From Eledone cirrhosa (lineage: Eukaryota): a stretch of DNA of 64,000 bases. The notes below the pieces were generated by a model. The model ran no database searches. It was not told the origin of the DNA and was given only the letters and a program-made list of their open reading frames with translations. The DNA lies in contig OZ024743.1 in the NCBI GenBank assembly GCA_964016885.1, positions 194,122,001 to 194,186,000 on the forward strand, written 5' to 3'. Both the position numbers and the translations under genes were made by a program. Below are positions 40,695-55,360 of the stretch, in pieces (positions within the stretch are counted from its first letter, which is position 1; each line of letters starts with the position of its first letter).

Positions 40695-41104
40695 AGACAC
40701 AGACACAGACACACACACACACACATATATATATATGTATAAATGACTCAGTAACTTGAGCAAATTCTTCGAAGAAACCTTACCCCAGGAAAACCTTTCA
40801 CAGAAACTATACCACTCATCGCCTAATCTTGCTGACACCATCTCTTCAAGGCCACATCGAGTCCAAACAACGTTATCGGCCCCACCACAAACAGATGGAA
40901 ACCAATATATTAAAATATATTAATATTGTATTTTTTCGTTTGACAAATTCCTTGAAAATTACGGATGGAAATAACAATGAAGTAGTTCATTCAAAGATAT
41001 TATCCATTGCGTTGATCTTGTACACGGTATGGTGAAAGATAGATCGTCCATGGTGCCACACGATCTGCAAAAATAGTTGTCAAATTGCCCTCTAATTAAA
41101 CCAT

Positions 41105-41290
41105 AGGCACAAATCCAGTAATTTGGGGGAGTGAAAAGTCTATTAAATCTCCCCCAATACTTAACTGGTACTTTATTGTATCGACCCCAGAAGGATGAAA
41201 GGCAAAGTTGACATCGAATTTATATGAACTTAGTATGTAAAGAGCCGGAAGAATTACTACTTAGCATTTGCCCGTCACTCTAACGACTCC
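41105..41290 (-). mobile_element. tRNA-derived SINE
   Basis: ACTGGTACTTTATTGTATCGACCCCAGAAGGATGAAAGGCAAAG, the reverse complement of the family core. Confidence 0.8.
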
Positions 41291-41601
41291 AATCAACAAC
41301 CTTTGAAATGTTATAAGAACGATATGAATGGATTTATGATTGTCAACCATATTGAGTAATATTTTGGCAGAAACCTCAGCATTTTACTAAATAAATTTAT
41401 CGGATAAATTAGCTGAGACGTGTACCATCTCATCAAACGCATTAAACATTTGAGACCAATATATTATTAGGGTCTATAAAACAGCCACCCGTTTAGAACT
41501 AATACCGCAGTAACTAGTACATATTAACAAATATATCATACTGAAACTATACATTCATATCCACCCTCTACCGATACTACCAATCCAACAACATTCATAT
41601 A

Positions 41602-41763
41602 TTGTTGGATTGGTAGTATCGGTAGAGGGTGAGACGCCGTTTACGGTCTGAGTTCAAATCCCGCCGAGGTTAAATTTGGCTTTCACCCTTACGGGGTCAA
41701 TAAAATAAAGTACCAGTAATGCAATGGTATATTTGCTGGTCTTGTGCCAAAAGTAGAAACAAT
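41602..41763 (+). mobile_element. tRNA-derived SINE with an inverted duplication of its head
   Basis: GGATTGGTAGTATCGGTAGAGGG, CTGAGTTCAAATCCCGCCGAGG, core and tail. 41562-41591 is the reverse complement of 41602-41631. Confidence 0.85.
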
Positions 41764-41896
41764 TATATATATATATATAAATATATATATGTATAGACAC
41801 ACGTATGTGTACTCGTATACATATGTGTGTCTATAGATATATATATTTATATATGTACTTGTATACATCTATTCATACATCCCTACACACAAACAC

Positions 41897-41937
<41 letters not shown>

Positions 41938-42820
41938 CACACGCACAAAGGGCTTTTCTTTTTCATTTTACATTGTTTTCTCTTAGCTTTGAATGGATAA
42001 AAGCCAGATTCTCTCCTAATTAACTACCAGATTGTTGTCTTACTTGACCTTGTGCCGATAAAGTTGTATATTGTGTTGCTAAAGTCACCAACCAGGGCTT
42101 TAGGTCAGATGTTGGAAATTCATAAATATGATCACTCCTATGAGAAAAAAAAAATTATATGTATAAAAAAAAGTAATAAATAAGTTTTCCTCGATAATAA
42201 TGTCTAACATAGATGCTCATTCATTGATGGTCTATAAAACTGTTTTTCAATTCAACGGTGTAGCATTAAAAAAGAGTTTTTCAAAGCTTTAACGTATCAT
42301 AAATACGAATTTATTCAAAGCTAGCATTCTATGGCAACACAAAGGTGTTATTATGTACCAAACAGCAGAGATTCATTAAAAACCACACAAAAGATTTTAT
42401 TTTGCAAATAAATACTGAAATAAAATTAATAATTACGAATAATTCGAATCAAAGCCAGTTATATTTCTTAAAATACAAACCAAACTTGCCTAGAGAAGTC
42501 AGCCGTCGAATTCTAGCGGTAGTGGTAGGATACTAGATACAAAGAAAGAAGGAATTTGCGCTGTAGTTCATTGAACGTGCTCATAATTTATATTCGAGTC
42601 TGTTGCCATCGTGGGAGATAATTCTGTTTCAGTTAATAAATCAATTCACAGATAGACCTAACTTCATTAACACTTGTAAGTAGAGTCATACCCACCATAT
42701 ATAGATATTTTATCACTCGAATATTTCACTCGTTACACACAAATTCATATTAAAATCTTTATCTATATAACAATAAAAATACTATTCAGAATGTCTCAGG
42801 AAATACGTCTCTCTCTATAT

Positions 42821-42870
<50 letters not shown>

Positions 42871-43405
42871 TTGTGTGTGTGTGTGTGCGCGTGTTTGTTT
42901 GTTTGTGTGTATGTGTGTGTTTGTTTGTGTGTGTGTGTGCATGTTTAGTTAAATATCTGTGGATGTGAAAAAGGTAAAGGGGGAACAGCACTCGTTCTAG
43001 TGTGAGAGCTGATATATTATATTATTTATTTATGTATCGATACGTGTATATAGACAGAGGGACACACACACACACACACACGCACACACACATATACACA
43101 TATATATATATGTATATATATATATATGTGTGTGTGTGTTTGTGCCTATCACAATATATACCCACAAACACATACATAGACAATGTATATGTATATGTGA
43201 GTGGGTGTAGAAGCTGGAAGGTCATAAGTCTAGTCTCTCTATCTTTTGAATATTCTACAACTCTGTTGCGTGAAATGTTTTGTGATTTATTTAGTTTCTT
43301 ATTTACTGACAGTAAAAAAAATTAGTATGTATTTAATTATACATATTTATATAAGACTTGAATCCTTTAAAGTTCGGTAATGCTCCTCTCTCATATCTAC
43401 GTGTT

Positions 43406-43880
43406 AGGTGGCGGTCTAGTTTGCCGAAAAACAATGCGTATCAAAAAGTGCCACTCTTAATGTCTTGCTGTATTTAGTTACGTCTCTTTACGTTCCTTAT
43501 TTCAAATCCAATTGAGCTCAAATATACCTTCCATTTTTCCGGGGTCGATAAAGTATCGGTTCAGTCACATAAAGATCGCGATGAAATCTACTATTCTACC
43601 TCTATTAATGTATGACCTTGCAAAATTAACAACAATTCGATATCTTTGTTTCATGATTGAAAAATCTCATCTTATAAGGCTGATACTTAATGATTTCTGA
43701 TTTAGGCACGAGGCCAGCAATATGGGTGAAATCGATTTGAGTGGGTCTTTATTTTAACAAGCCCCATATAAACGAAAGGCAAAGTTGACTTCATTGGGAC
43801 TTGAAAACTGAACGTAAAGAGCCAGTTGAAATAATATAACATAATTTTATCAGACACTGTACCTATTCTTCCAATCAATC
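43406..43880. mobile_element. Two degraded SINEs, tail to tail
   Basis: The plus copy has TTTCCGGGGTCGATAAAGTA (about 43535-43556). The minus copy has GAAAGGCAAAGTTGACT...GAACGTAAAGAGCC. Confidence 0.6.
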
Positions 43881-44191
43881 ACTTTTTAATATGGATACAT
43901 AATGACAACACTCTAAATAAAATTCGTATTTCCAAATTTAGCATAAAATTACAAACTACTTTTCTACTTTCCCAGCATATTCATTGCGCAGGAACACCGT
44001 GGACCTTAACATTTCATATTTTCTTAATCTTCTCCTTCAAACTTGTTATGCTTAAGGAAGATATTTCCCCAATGAATAAAGCAAACAAAAAGCTACCTTA
44101 ATAACAGAAATATTTTTATTATCGATAGGTCAAAAAAGGAACAGAAAACAATATTTGATATTTATTGATTCAATTGCTTGGCGAATTCTTA

Positions 44192-44243
<52 letters not shown>

Positions 44244-46423
44244 AATAATTATTATTATATATATATAATATAATAATAATAATAATAATAATAATTATTA
44301 TTATTATCATTATTATTATTCCAACGATCTTCCTATTTTAAGATAAAAATCCAGAAGTTTACACTCAACTCCTCAAATTTCTTTCTAGTCTTCCCGGAAG
44401 CATGCAATATTTTCATTTTAAGAATCACATCCTAAAAATATATATATTTCCACTTATAAGTGATGGTTCGCAAGAGAAAATACATTGTTTAGGAACTATT
44501 TCTCCCTCCTGGCAACCATAGAATAAAGAATCATTGATTTTGAACATAGATGTTGATACGTAGGCGCATACTCACACACACACATATATACCCCCAAAAC
44601 ACATATACGCACACACACATATACACACCCACATAAACACCCACCCACCCACACACACACATACAAACATATCTTAATACACACACAGACAGAGACACAC
44701 AAGCATACTCACACAAGCGCACGTACACCTACGCATAGCTAAAGTATATACACTAATTCGTGTATATATGCATACAACCCGATACAGACACGCAGCTAGC
44801 TCTTCTCAAGTTAAGAATAACTATAACTATATATCGACGAAAGAATATTGGAGAGGATAGAAAGTATATCAACTGCAATAAATAACAACGAAGTAGCCTC
44901 CGAATATAGGCAGTGGGAGTAAAGCCACCATTTCATATATATTTTTATATATCTTATCTTACTTTTATAACATTCGGTCAATACAGCTGTCTCCATGGTG
45001 ACTGAGATTTGATAACAAGTAATGTTTTTTGAAGTCTCATGGGACATATTTCTAGTTGCGAGTTCAATATTTTCTTACATAAAAAAAAAATTCTAACCGA
45101 TATGTTATAGATGGTAGAAGTTGTTGCAAAATAATGCTACATGTAAAATATACTGCTGTGTAAAATTCCAATGTGAAACACTGTTGCTAGCTGCTAGTCG
45201 ATGGACTGGTGCTAGATATTGCATAAATTCCCTGACATTTTTGTGAGGGTTGTTTGACAGATAGTGTACATAAAGCTGTATGTATTTTAGCGAAGCAATC
45301 ATTCCTTTTCGCAATTTCTATATAAATCACAAAGAAGATTTTATTTTTATTTTTTGATGTTAGAATATCCATTGTTCAAAATAGTTTTCTTCGAGAGTAA
45401 AGTTTTAAGAATATTGATGCTTGATTTCCTATTTTCGCTTTCACTCACCCATGCGCACCAACATATGCATTGATAGCTATTACTAACATAGCGTAATATC
45501 AATGCATATATTAATTTATGTCTTTTGGGCGTCTAGACGTTTCTTTCTGGATATATAATTTTATCAAACTATCACTAACGTATAAGGCATAGTCGATCAT
45601 AGTACATTACAGATATTTTTACTGTTGATATTAGATCGATGAAATAAAACGTCAGCATCCAATATCTGAACAAAAATGTAAAGGGCCGGAAGCCATTTAA
45701 TCCGGCACGATTTCTTTTCTGCAACGTCTCCACCGCCCTTACACGATAGCATATTAATAAGATTAATTATCATTTTTTAAAAATATATGAATATTTTTAA
45801 CTATAAAGAGACTTTTGCATATATACGTTTAAATGTGTTCGTGTTTATTTGTCAGGTTTATAACAATGAAATATAATTGAAGCTGTAAAAACTCAGACCG
45901 AATATATATAATATTTATTGATTTCTAATTTAGAGACAAAGTGGATTAAATCAACGCCTGTACTTATGTGGTATTTTATTGACCCCGGAAAGAAGAAAGG
46001 CAAAGCTGACCTATGCGGGATTTGAAAATAGAACTGGGTCAATTAACCTACCTCTAATGATATATAATACGTATGTATTATATAAGGCAACTCAGGAAAC
46101 TGGGAAAACTCCGACATCAAACCTGCGGCTCAGTAAATACCGATGATGTTGATATTTTCTTCTTTTCGGATTATAGCTACTGTCACTCAGAGAGTGGGAT
46201 TGGCACAGTCTTTCCACACTTAAAAAAAGAATTCACGCACATGCATTGCACGATAGAATTAATTAATAATTATTAATAATGTTATATCGTGCAATGGCCA
46301 TACTTGATAACGAGGAGGCAGCCATCATCATGTATATATGTATGTATGTATGCATGTATGTATGTATGTATGTATGTATGTATGTATGTATGTATGTATG
46401 TATGTATGTATGTATGTATGTAT

Positions 46424-48195
46424 GGGAGAGATGACCCCTTAGTCTTTGTCAAGGCAGAATTCTAGGAGAAGGAAAACTCTGATATAACACCTGCAACTCT
46501 GATGGTATCCAATGATGTTGACTTGTTCTTCTTTTTGGTAAATATTATCTTGGTTAAGAGAGTGGGACTGGCTTTGTGCAGTGCCTTTGCTCACTATAAA
46601 AGCTTCACGGCACAGGCATTGCTTTATATCTGGAGATCTCTCTGCACTTGTCGTCACATGGTACCATGGCCCTAGCACTATGTGTCAATAATTGTCACAG
46701 GTGTAGTGTTTGTACCAGAGTTTTCAAGTCGCTGGCTGGACTAAAGTCACATTCGTTCAGCGCATCGGTAGGAGTTCTCCTACATGGATATAAAGTAGTG
46801 GCCGTACTCGAAAACGAGTTGGCAGCCACCATGTATGTATGTATGTATGTATGTATGTATGTATGTATGTATGTATGTATGTATGTATTTATGTCAGGTC
46901 ACCAGTTGGTGCTACTGGTAACATGTATCCCAGTACAACCTGTCTCGTGGTCGGGTCGTTGGCGACTAAACTGGCAACCCCACCAAGGTTTCCTGGTGAG
47001 GAGTGTGACTTTGGACATCCTGCAGGACTAAAACAAAACCTATCAAAGGGCAAAGGAGCTCTTATGAGTCAATGGCCATCCAAAATCACCGGGAGAGATG
47101 ACCCCTTAGCCTTTGTCAAGGAAGAATTCTAGGAGAAGGAAAACTCTGATATAACACCTGCAACCCTGATGGTATCCAATGATGTTGACTTGTTCTTCTT
47201 TTTGGTAAATATCATCTTGGTTAAGAGAGTGGGACTGGCTTTGTGCAGTGCCTTTGTCACTATAAAAGCTTCACAGCACAGGCATTGCTTTGTATCTGGA
47301 GATCTCTCTGCACTTGTCGTCACATGGTACCATGGCCCTAGCACTATGTGTCAATAATTGTCAGAGGTGTAGTGTTTGTACCAGAGTTTTCAAGTCGCTG
47401 GCTGGACTAAAGTCACATTCGTTCAGCGCATCGGTAGGAGTTCTCCTACATGGATATAAAGTAGTGGCCGTACTCGAAAACGAGTTGGCAGCCACCATGT
47501 GTGTATGTATGTATGTATGTATGTATGTATGTATGTATGTATGTATGTATGTATGTATGTATGTATGTATTTATGTCAGGTCACCAGTTGGTGCTACTGG
47601 TAACATGTATCCCAGTACAACCTGTCTCGTGGTCGGGTCGTTGGCGACTAAACTGGCAACCCCACCAAGGTTTCCTGGTGAGGAGTGTGACTTTGGACAT
47701 CCTGCAGGACTAAAACAAAACCTGTCAAAGGGCAAAGGAGCTCTTATGAGTCAATGGCCATCCAAAATCACCGGGAGAGATGACCCCTTAGCCTTTGTCA
47801 AGGAAGAATTCTAGGAGAAGGAAAACTCTGATATAACACCTGCAACCCTGATGGTATCCAATGATGTTGACTTGTTCTTCTTTTTGGTAAATATCATCTT
47901 GGTTAAGAGAGTGGGACTGGCTTTGTGCAGTGCCTTTGTCACTATAAAAGCTTCACGGCACAGGCATTGCTTTGTATCTGGAGATCTCTCTGCACTTGTC
48001 GTCACATGGTACCATGGGCCCAGCACTATGTGTCAATAATTGTCACAAGTGTAGTGTTTGTACCAGAGTTTTCAAGTCGCTGGCTGGACTAAAAAGTCAC
48101 ACTCGTTCAGCGTATCGGTAGGGGTTCTCCTACATGGATATAAAGTAGTGGCCGTACTCGAAAACGAGTTGGCAGCCAGCATGTATGTATGTATA
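46424..48195 (+). repeat. Tandem array, about 2.6 units of 667-682 bp, of an RTE-derived short element separated by (TATG)n
   Basis: GGGAGAGATGACCCC recurs at 46424, 47091 and 47773. Each unit ends in CSVCTRVFKSLAGLKSH-coding sequence, then GGCCGTACTCGAAAACGAGTTGGCAGCCA and (TATG)n. Confidence 0.85.
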
Positions 48196-48559
48196 TTTTT
48201 TTGTGGAGCGAGAGACTCCTTCTCTTCATTAAGAATTTCTCTAGAAGGTCACTGAGATATAAAACATGCGACTTCGTTTGCATTCAATGTTGTATACCAG
48301 TTCGTCTTTTTGGGCAAATGCATTCGATGTTCATGCAAAGCTTTCCTCACCTAAAACAGCTTCAAGGTATTACTGGGTAATTGACATTATTTGCGATACA
48401 TGGTGTTGCTGGCCATAGGCAAGTCCCTAGCAGGGCTAAAATCAAGCGATGGCATTACTCGAAATTGAGTTGCAGCCATCATGTATTTATGTACAGCTCG
48501 TATGTACGTATATTGGTATGTATGTATGTATGTTTGTAGCCGTAACATCTGATGCAATA

Positions 48560-48860
48560 GTAGATGCGGCGTAGTGTCATACGGTTTGTCTTGAGTACTT
48601 TTAAACTTGGTGGAGCCCAACACATCACCAGATCGGAACACAACCGATTTCTTCTAGAGATGGAGTGTGAATGATATAGAAAGCGAAAAAGAGGTATAGA
48701 GGAAGAATCGACTCAAATACTGTACTAGCACTCTTTTTATACGCCACGAAATAATGAAAGGCAAAGTTGACCTCGGCAGGATTTGAACTCAGCGCGCAGA
48801 GAGCCGGAACAAATATCATAAAACATTCTATGCTACGTTCTAACGACTCGTCCAATCCAT
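48560..48860 (-). mobile_element. tRNA-derived SINE, long-tail variant
   Basis: GAAAGGCAAAGTTGACCTCGGCAGGATTTGAACTCAG, plus the tail shared with the 3.2 kb and 7.0 kb copies. Confidence 0.75.
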
Positions 48861-51372
48861 CATCTACTAATGATATATAATATATTAGAAATAAATAATT
48901 ATTTCAAGATTCATTCTGGAGTTTGATTTGTCTCCCTTCTTAATAGCTACAGAGTGCAAAAAAAGCGATTATTTGTATTGATACTGCTCTCTCATCTAAA
49001 GGACAGTTTACTGTTAAATCATGCCAGTTAGACTACCATTATTGTACACTTCTATCGCTGTAAAGCTGTAATGCAGCGGCAAGCCATAAACCGTCGGGTA
49101 GAGTATAATCACCAAGTCATTCTCTTTCTTTATGTTACGTATTTCTAAGTAGAGTAGAAGTGTTCAGTATTTATTGGTGCAATAAGCACGTCTCTTGCAT
49201 CTAGGCAGCCAGTAGGAAATCCATTTAATCATTTATCTCTTCAATCCATTACAAATGTATGTTGTTTTTATTTAGACCTAATTTATTCTTGATCGAGCGG
49301 ACGTGATCAAAGTAATTTCAGTCATGTCCATTCCAGATTTTAGAGGTATCATGAACTACATTAGTTTGTGTATTCCTTTTATATTTACTACACCAGGGAG
49401 TTATTTAAAGGATATATTGTTGCTATTCTTAGTAAGTAGAGTGACCATACAGACACACAGGGGAAGCGTTCTATGATATTCTGTTCATGTTATGATCGTT
49501 CTTGGGTCCTTTAATCTAGTATAAGTAGGAGAAAAGTATATAAACAAACTATAATGTCTGTATCGTTTCTTTTTTAAAAATAATTATAGCTAAATGAAAG
49601 AACTAGTTCCAGAGTTGTGTTATCACTCGATTAAGGGTAGAAATATAGTTGGCAAAAGTTATATAACTTCTATAAAACTTAAGCAATCAGACGTCGATAA
49701 ACATAGATTAAAGTGATTTTCTGGAACAAATTGCTTTAATTTCTTTGAAATTATTTCAAATTATTCCACCTAGATGGAGTCATAGCTATATACCATTGAT
49801 TCAAATAGTAACTAACTAGGTCAGCTTGATCTGAAGTCGGTGAGTGAACATTTCTATTCTGGTTAACGATTATACATGCACGTATGTATAGATAAATTCA
49901 CGCATGCATACATACATATGTACATACATACACACATAAATTCATTCATACATACATACGTGCATACATAGAAACATACATATAAACGCGCATACATATA
50001 TACATACACACACTTACATATATACATACATAAATGCGTGTACTTGTATATACGTATTGTTCTATAAATTGTAGCAGCTTCCTGCAGCAATTTCTATATA
50101 TGCACACACGCGCATGTTCATATTAATAAACATCTCCTAGTACCCAATCAATATATACACAAACAAGTTTAAGGAGATGTTCAGGTTTCCGATTGTAGTC
50201 ATATTTTAAAATACAAAAGCTGTTCTCTCCAAACAACAGATTTGTTAAGTCAATATGCTGCCTGTACATGACAGATGAGTGTGCTGTAACTGTGTGAAGG
50301 TTGCCTTCAGTAGCTTCCTTCCTAGACACCATGTCTCTAGCTTTGTGTACATATATGCTTAACTATGGCGAGATGCAGGTAGGTGTAGAACGTCAAGTAG
50401 TGTTCGTATTAGGCTTTTATTTTACTTAATGGTTTCTAGAAGTGACATTGACTTAGAAGAGTCGAACATTTTCCGGCAAGGTAACAAACATGATTGATTC
50501 CAGCGTACTTGGGCCTGTTTTCTGCGTGACAAAGAAAGCATTTGTTAGGAATTTGTTGAAAGCTACGGTAACATCTCGCTCGAAAACGAATTTTTCTTTT
50601 ACTTATTCTGTATTACTTAGTGAAGTTTATTTCGTTTACACTATAATACGAACAAATGCATAAAACTTCAACCTAATTTTTGTCATTTGAATTAAGTTAT
50701 AAGTTTTAAACTTATGAACTAACCGAAATATAACATGCACGTAACACTATTTTCTCAAACAGACAGGCAAAATATTTTAGATTTTATCTGGAAGGAAAGC
50801 TGAGATCCTATCTCGTATATGCCTTTGTGAAAGGATTTACTAACTTACAGGAAATGAAGTTACACAAAACAGTAATCGTATCTAAGTAGACTTTCAACCA
50901 CCTTGGCGCTGAACACCAAGGCCAATAAGGTCAGACACAAAATATTAACTTTATTTAATTTGAATTAATCAATATCAATATCATTAAATTTATAGCATTC
51001 CAATTTCAATTCAACGAACGAAATGAATGCAACCACTAATTTGGAAAGAAATAGTCAAACTTACTTTGGCATATTCTTTACAAACAAAAATATTGAAATA
51101 TAAAATAAAGCAGTAAATTTAGGTATTTTAGATGTGTGTAGAAATAAACAGCCATCTAATCTGTAGCTTATAAATGTTCTCTTCGAGCGGAAAATGAGTA
51201 TTTAGTTTCTTTAGCTAAGTAACTAGAGAAAACGTTTAAGATTGGAAATTCTAACGAAAGTTCTGAGGGACGGCTATGTAGAAGGTGGGGAAGCAGGGAG
51301 AATCGGAAAAACAAAACGTCGATGATGACGAAGCATTCGTAAATTCATTAAGTGATAATTCAAACTTTAATT

Positions 51373-51434
<62 letters not shown>

Positions 51435-51456
51435 GTTTGAATATGTATAACCTCCT

Positions 51457-51495
<39 letters not shown>

Positions 51496-52170
51496 ATAGA
51501 GGTGTAACACACAAGTTATGATATATTGGTAAACAGAATAGAAAATGCTGACAAATTGTTCACAGTGAAAAATAGTTTAATTAGGAATAAGTGAGAATTA
51601 GTAATAGTATTGGTTAGTATTCAGTTTTGGTTTTAAGTTTTACCGGTTGCGCATTTCTAATGCTTTTCAAAAATAATTTTGAGATAGAGCGTCCGTGATG
51701 TTTGCTCTGATCTGATTAGTTTTGGGAATTCTACCTGTTTTTATGTTAAAAAAGTGGCTCCAGCGGTATTAAAATAAGTTTTGCGCCAATTCGTGTTTCA
51801 AAAATGTTTGTGGTCAAAACAATTTTGATTGGTCGGTAGAGGTCATGTGAATGTAAAAAATTAATTTTGCGCCAAATGTAGGTTTGTGTCGGCTGACTGA
51901 GAAATAAGTCTTTCACAACAAATATGTGTGTGTGTGTAGTAGTAGTAGTAAAGAGGTTCGTTGTTGTGATAATGGTCAGCAGGGATGTGTGTGCGAACCG
52001 CAGCCTGTTGACAGTTCAAATGCCTATTAAGACAAGTGTGTGTGTGCGCGTGTGTGTGTGTAGCAGAGTAATTCGTGGTAGAGGGATGGTCAGTAGGAAT
52101 GTGTCTGTAAGTGTGTGGGGGATATTTTAACATGTTAAAAGATATTTTTCAGCTCTTGTCTTATACGGAA

Positions 52171-52235
<65 letters not shown>

Positions 52236-52439
52236 TTTGTATGTTAATGTACGCGTGTGTGTGTATATATGTGTGTGTGTGTGTGTGAGAATGTGTGTGT
52301 GGGTGGACCAGTATTTATTTCTGGTAAAATGGTGTACATTATTCGATATTTTCAGTAAAATCGATTCTCTCAATAGAACATCAAAAACCTTAATAATAAA
52401 AGGTGTGAAATAATATATAGTATTGGCATAATACCAAGG

Positions 52440-52785
52440 TGTGTGTGAGTGTGTCCAGATTGTACGTACTGCAAGGGGGATCCATTAGGCCTTGCCGTAT
52501 TGGAATATCTGTGCACAAATATGTATCTGGAGTGTGTCCAGAAATTGTATACCTGTGTACAAATTGTATACCTGTGCACAAATTGTACACATATATCTTG
52601 AGTGTGTCCAGAAATTGTATACCTGTGCACAAATTGTATACCTGTGCACAAATTGTACACATATATCTGGAGTGTGTCCAGAAATTGTATACCTGTGCAC
52701 AAATATGTATCTGGAGTGTGTCCAGATTATACGTACTGCAAGGGGAATTCATTAGGCCTTGCCGTATTGGAATACCTGTGCCAAA
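52440..52785. repeat. Minisatellite (about 70-bp units built from 20-bp subunits) in the PLE 3' UTR
   Basis: GAGTGTGTCCAGAAATTGTATACCTGTGCACAAATTGTATACCTGTGCAC recurs several times. Confidence 0.85.
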
Positions 52786-53004
52786 TATGTATGTGCCCAT
52801 CAGTGTGCAATGCATGTGTGCGTTTATGTATGTGTGTGTGTCGGCACGTTTATATCTATAGACATCAAAAGGTATGCAAATTTGTGTATATTTGTGTTGC
52901 ACCATAGAACATGTGTGTTTACGTATGTCATTGTGTTTATATATGGGTAGAGATGTGTGGTGATGTAGGTATGTATGTTGACGTGTGTATGTTGTGGGTT
53001 CGTC

Positions 53005-54897
53005 TTAGGGAGAAGTGTTTAGACGGGGTCCGTATTTGTTAATAAAGTAAGATTCCTTGCTGATGCGCTGGGTGTGGTTGGCATTATCTTTAAATTTGTA
53101 GAGGGGAAAGATTCTGAAGTTGGGATGATTTTGGGCGGCACAGGTATCAATGTATTCACTCAGTGGTATTTTCCTGTATTCCCGTATTTTAATTTGGGAT
53201 CTATGGACAGTCATGCGTTGGCAGAGGCTGTTTTTGGTCTGGCCTATGTATTGTTCTCGACAACCTGAGCAAGTTAATACATATATTAGATTTTCTGATG
53301 CGCATGTGAAATTGTGTTTTACTATAAAACGTTGTCCTTCTTTGAAATAGAATTCCGAACCCACTATTAGGTTGATGCAAATGCCACAGTTGGGTCTATC
53401 GCATTTGTTTACTGTGGGTTTCGTTGTTGTGGTTGGCAGTACTTTGGCATGTGTTAGGATGTTTTTCATTGACTTAGATTGTCTTTTGCTCTTTATGATA
53501 TCGTGTGTTCGTAGGATTTAGTTCATTCTATGGTCCCTTTTCAACACAGGGATGTTTTGGAGGATGGTGTCAAAGGCCTCATTGTTGAGGGGGTTGTGTG
53601 TGGAGATGTATGGAAGAGCTTTTAGTTTCGGTTGATTTACTTTAGGGTGTCTAAGGTCCTGGGTACTGAGTTTTAGGGCACGTTGGATTCCATTGTCAAT
53701 TAGTGATGCAGGGTAGTCCCTGCCTATGATTGTGTCCTTTAGTTCTTGTAGCCGTAAGTAGCAGGTGTTTTTATTGGAGACTATAGTAGAGATTCTCTTG
53801 GCTAAGTTGTAGGGAATATTAATTTTAACGTGTCTAGGGTGGCAAGAGTTGAAAGGAAGATATTGCTTGTAGTCTGTGGGCTTGTAGTATATGTCTGTTT
53901 CTATTTTTTTGTTATGGATCTTAATGAGGATGTCGAGGAAGGGGAGTTGTTGATGGCTGTATTCCATCGTGAAGTTAATATTCGTGTTGAGCCCATTTAT
54001 AAGGGTGTGAAATTCTTTAAGTTTCTCGATGTTTTCGTGCCAAAGGATGAAGCAGTCATCTAGATATCGCTACCAGTTCCTTTCTATGTGTAAGTGGAGA
54101 GTGTTTCCAAATTTGTTTAGGACTTTAGTGTAGAGGGTGATTTCCAGGTATCCCATGACTAGGTTGGCATAAGTGGGCGCTGTTTTCGTTCCATAGCGGT
54201 CCCAGATTTCTGCCTGTAGTGTTTGTTATTGAAAACGAAGTAATTGTTCTCCAAGATAAATTTGAGTCCCTCTATCACGAATTCTTTTTTGATGCGTTGT
54301 GGGAGTTCATTCTGGTAATTATCCAGCCAGAATTGGATAGCTTCTATTCCTAGGTTGTGGGGGATGTTGGAGTATAGGTTGACTACATCGAACGTCACTA
54401 GTAGGGTTTGTTAAGAAAGTGGCATATTAGAGAGGTGATTGAGCATATCTAGGTCGTCCCTTATATAGCTTTTGATGTGTTTGAGAAAGGGCTTGAGAAT
54501 GGTATCAATGAAGCTGCTAAGGCGGTGGGTTTCGCAAGCGGGGCCTGCTATTATAGGTCTTAATTTGAGATCATTGGGTGAGGGGACATTGATGACTATG
54601 TATGTGGTTTCCTTGCATGCCTTACTTATTAATTCGCTTTTATGTACTTTAGGGATACCGTAGAAAAGGCTGGATTTACTTGTGAAGTCTGTGATGAAGC
54701 TGAATTCCTTGTTAGTGAGTCCTTCTTTGTATTGGTTATCAGAGTTTTTAGGTTTCTCATAATTTTCTGTTGATTGTAGTGTTCAGCCTTTTCGTAGTAT
54801 GTTTCGTTTACCAATGTGGAGAGCGCTAAGTTGATATATAATTCTGTCTCCATTACGACTACTGTACTCCCTTTATCAGGCTCTTTAATTGTAATGG
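53005..54897 (-). pseudogene. PLE RT + GIY-YIG, disrupted
   Basis: FDVVNLYSNI, YRQKSGTAM, RYLDD (about 54055-54070), LPFLDILI, KCDRPNCGIC, NLIYVLTC..C.EQYIGQT. It has multiple stops and frameshifts. Confidence 0.92.
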
Positions 54898-55242
54898 TTC
54901 TCAGTCAGCCGACACAAACCTACATTTGGCGCAAAATCAATTTTTTACATTCACATGACCTCTACTGACCAATCAAAATTGTTTTGACCACAATAATTTT
55001 TACAACACGAATTGGCGCAAAACTTATTTTAATACCGCTGGAGCCACTTTTTTAACATAAAAACAGGTAGAATTCCCCAAACTAATCAGATCAGAGCAAA
55101 CATCACGGACGCTTTATCTCAAAACCAATACTATTACTAATTCTCACTTATTCCTAATTAAACTATTTTTCACTGTGAACAATTTGTCAGCATTTTCTAT
55201 TCCGTTTACCAATATATCATAACTTGTGTGTTACACCTCTAT

Positions 55243-55298
<56 letters not shown>

Positions 55299-55360
55299 CT
55301 ATCTATATATGTATGTAGTGACGAAACATAGGTCAATTGCATGAACTCATAATCCTTTAT

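Larger units (their letters stand above)
51490..55248 (-). mobile_element. Degraded 5'-truncated PLE (Neptune-like) with an inverted pLTR, in (TA)n
   Basis: 51490-51903 is mirrored at 54898-55248. RT-GIY-YIG remnants lie inside, and (TA)n flanks both sides. Confidence 0.9.

Noticed and set aside
47290-47814. 174-aa ORF with a C2H2-like motif
   Set aside because: It reads through (TATG)n across a repeat-unit junction. The motif is a LINE 3' remnant, not a zinc-finger gene.
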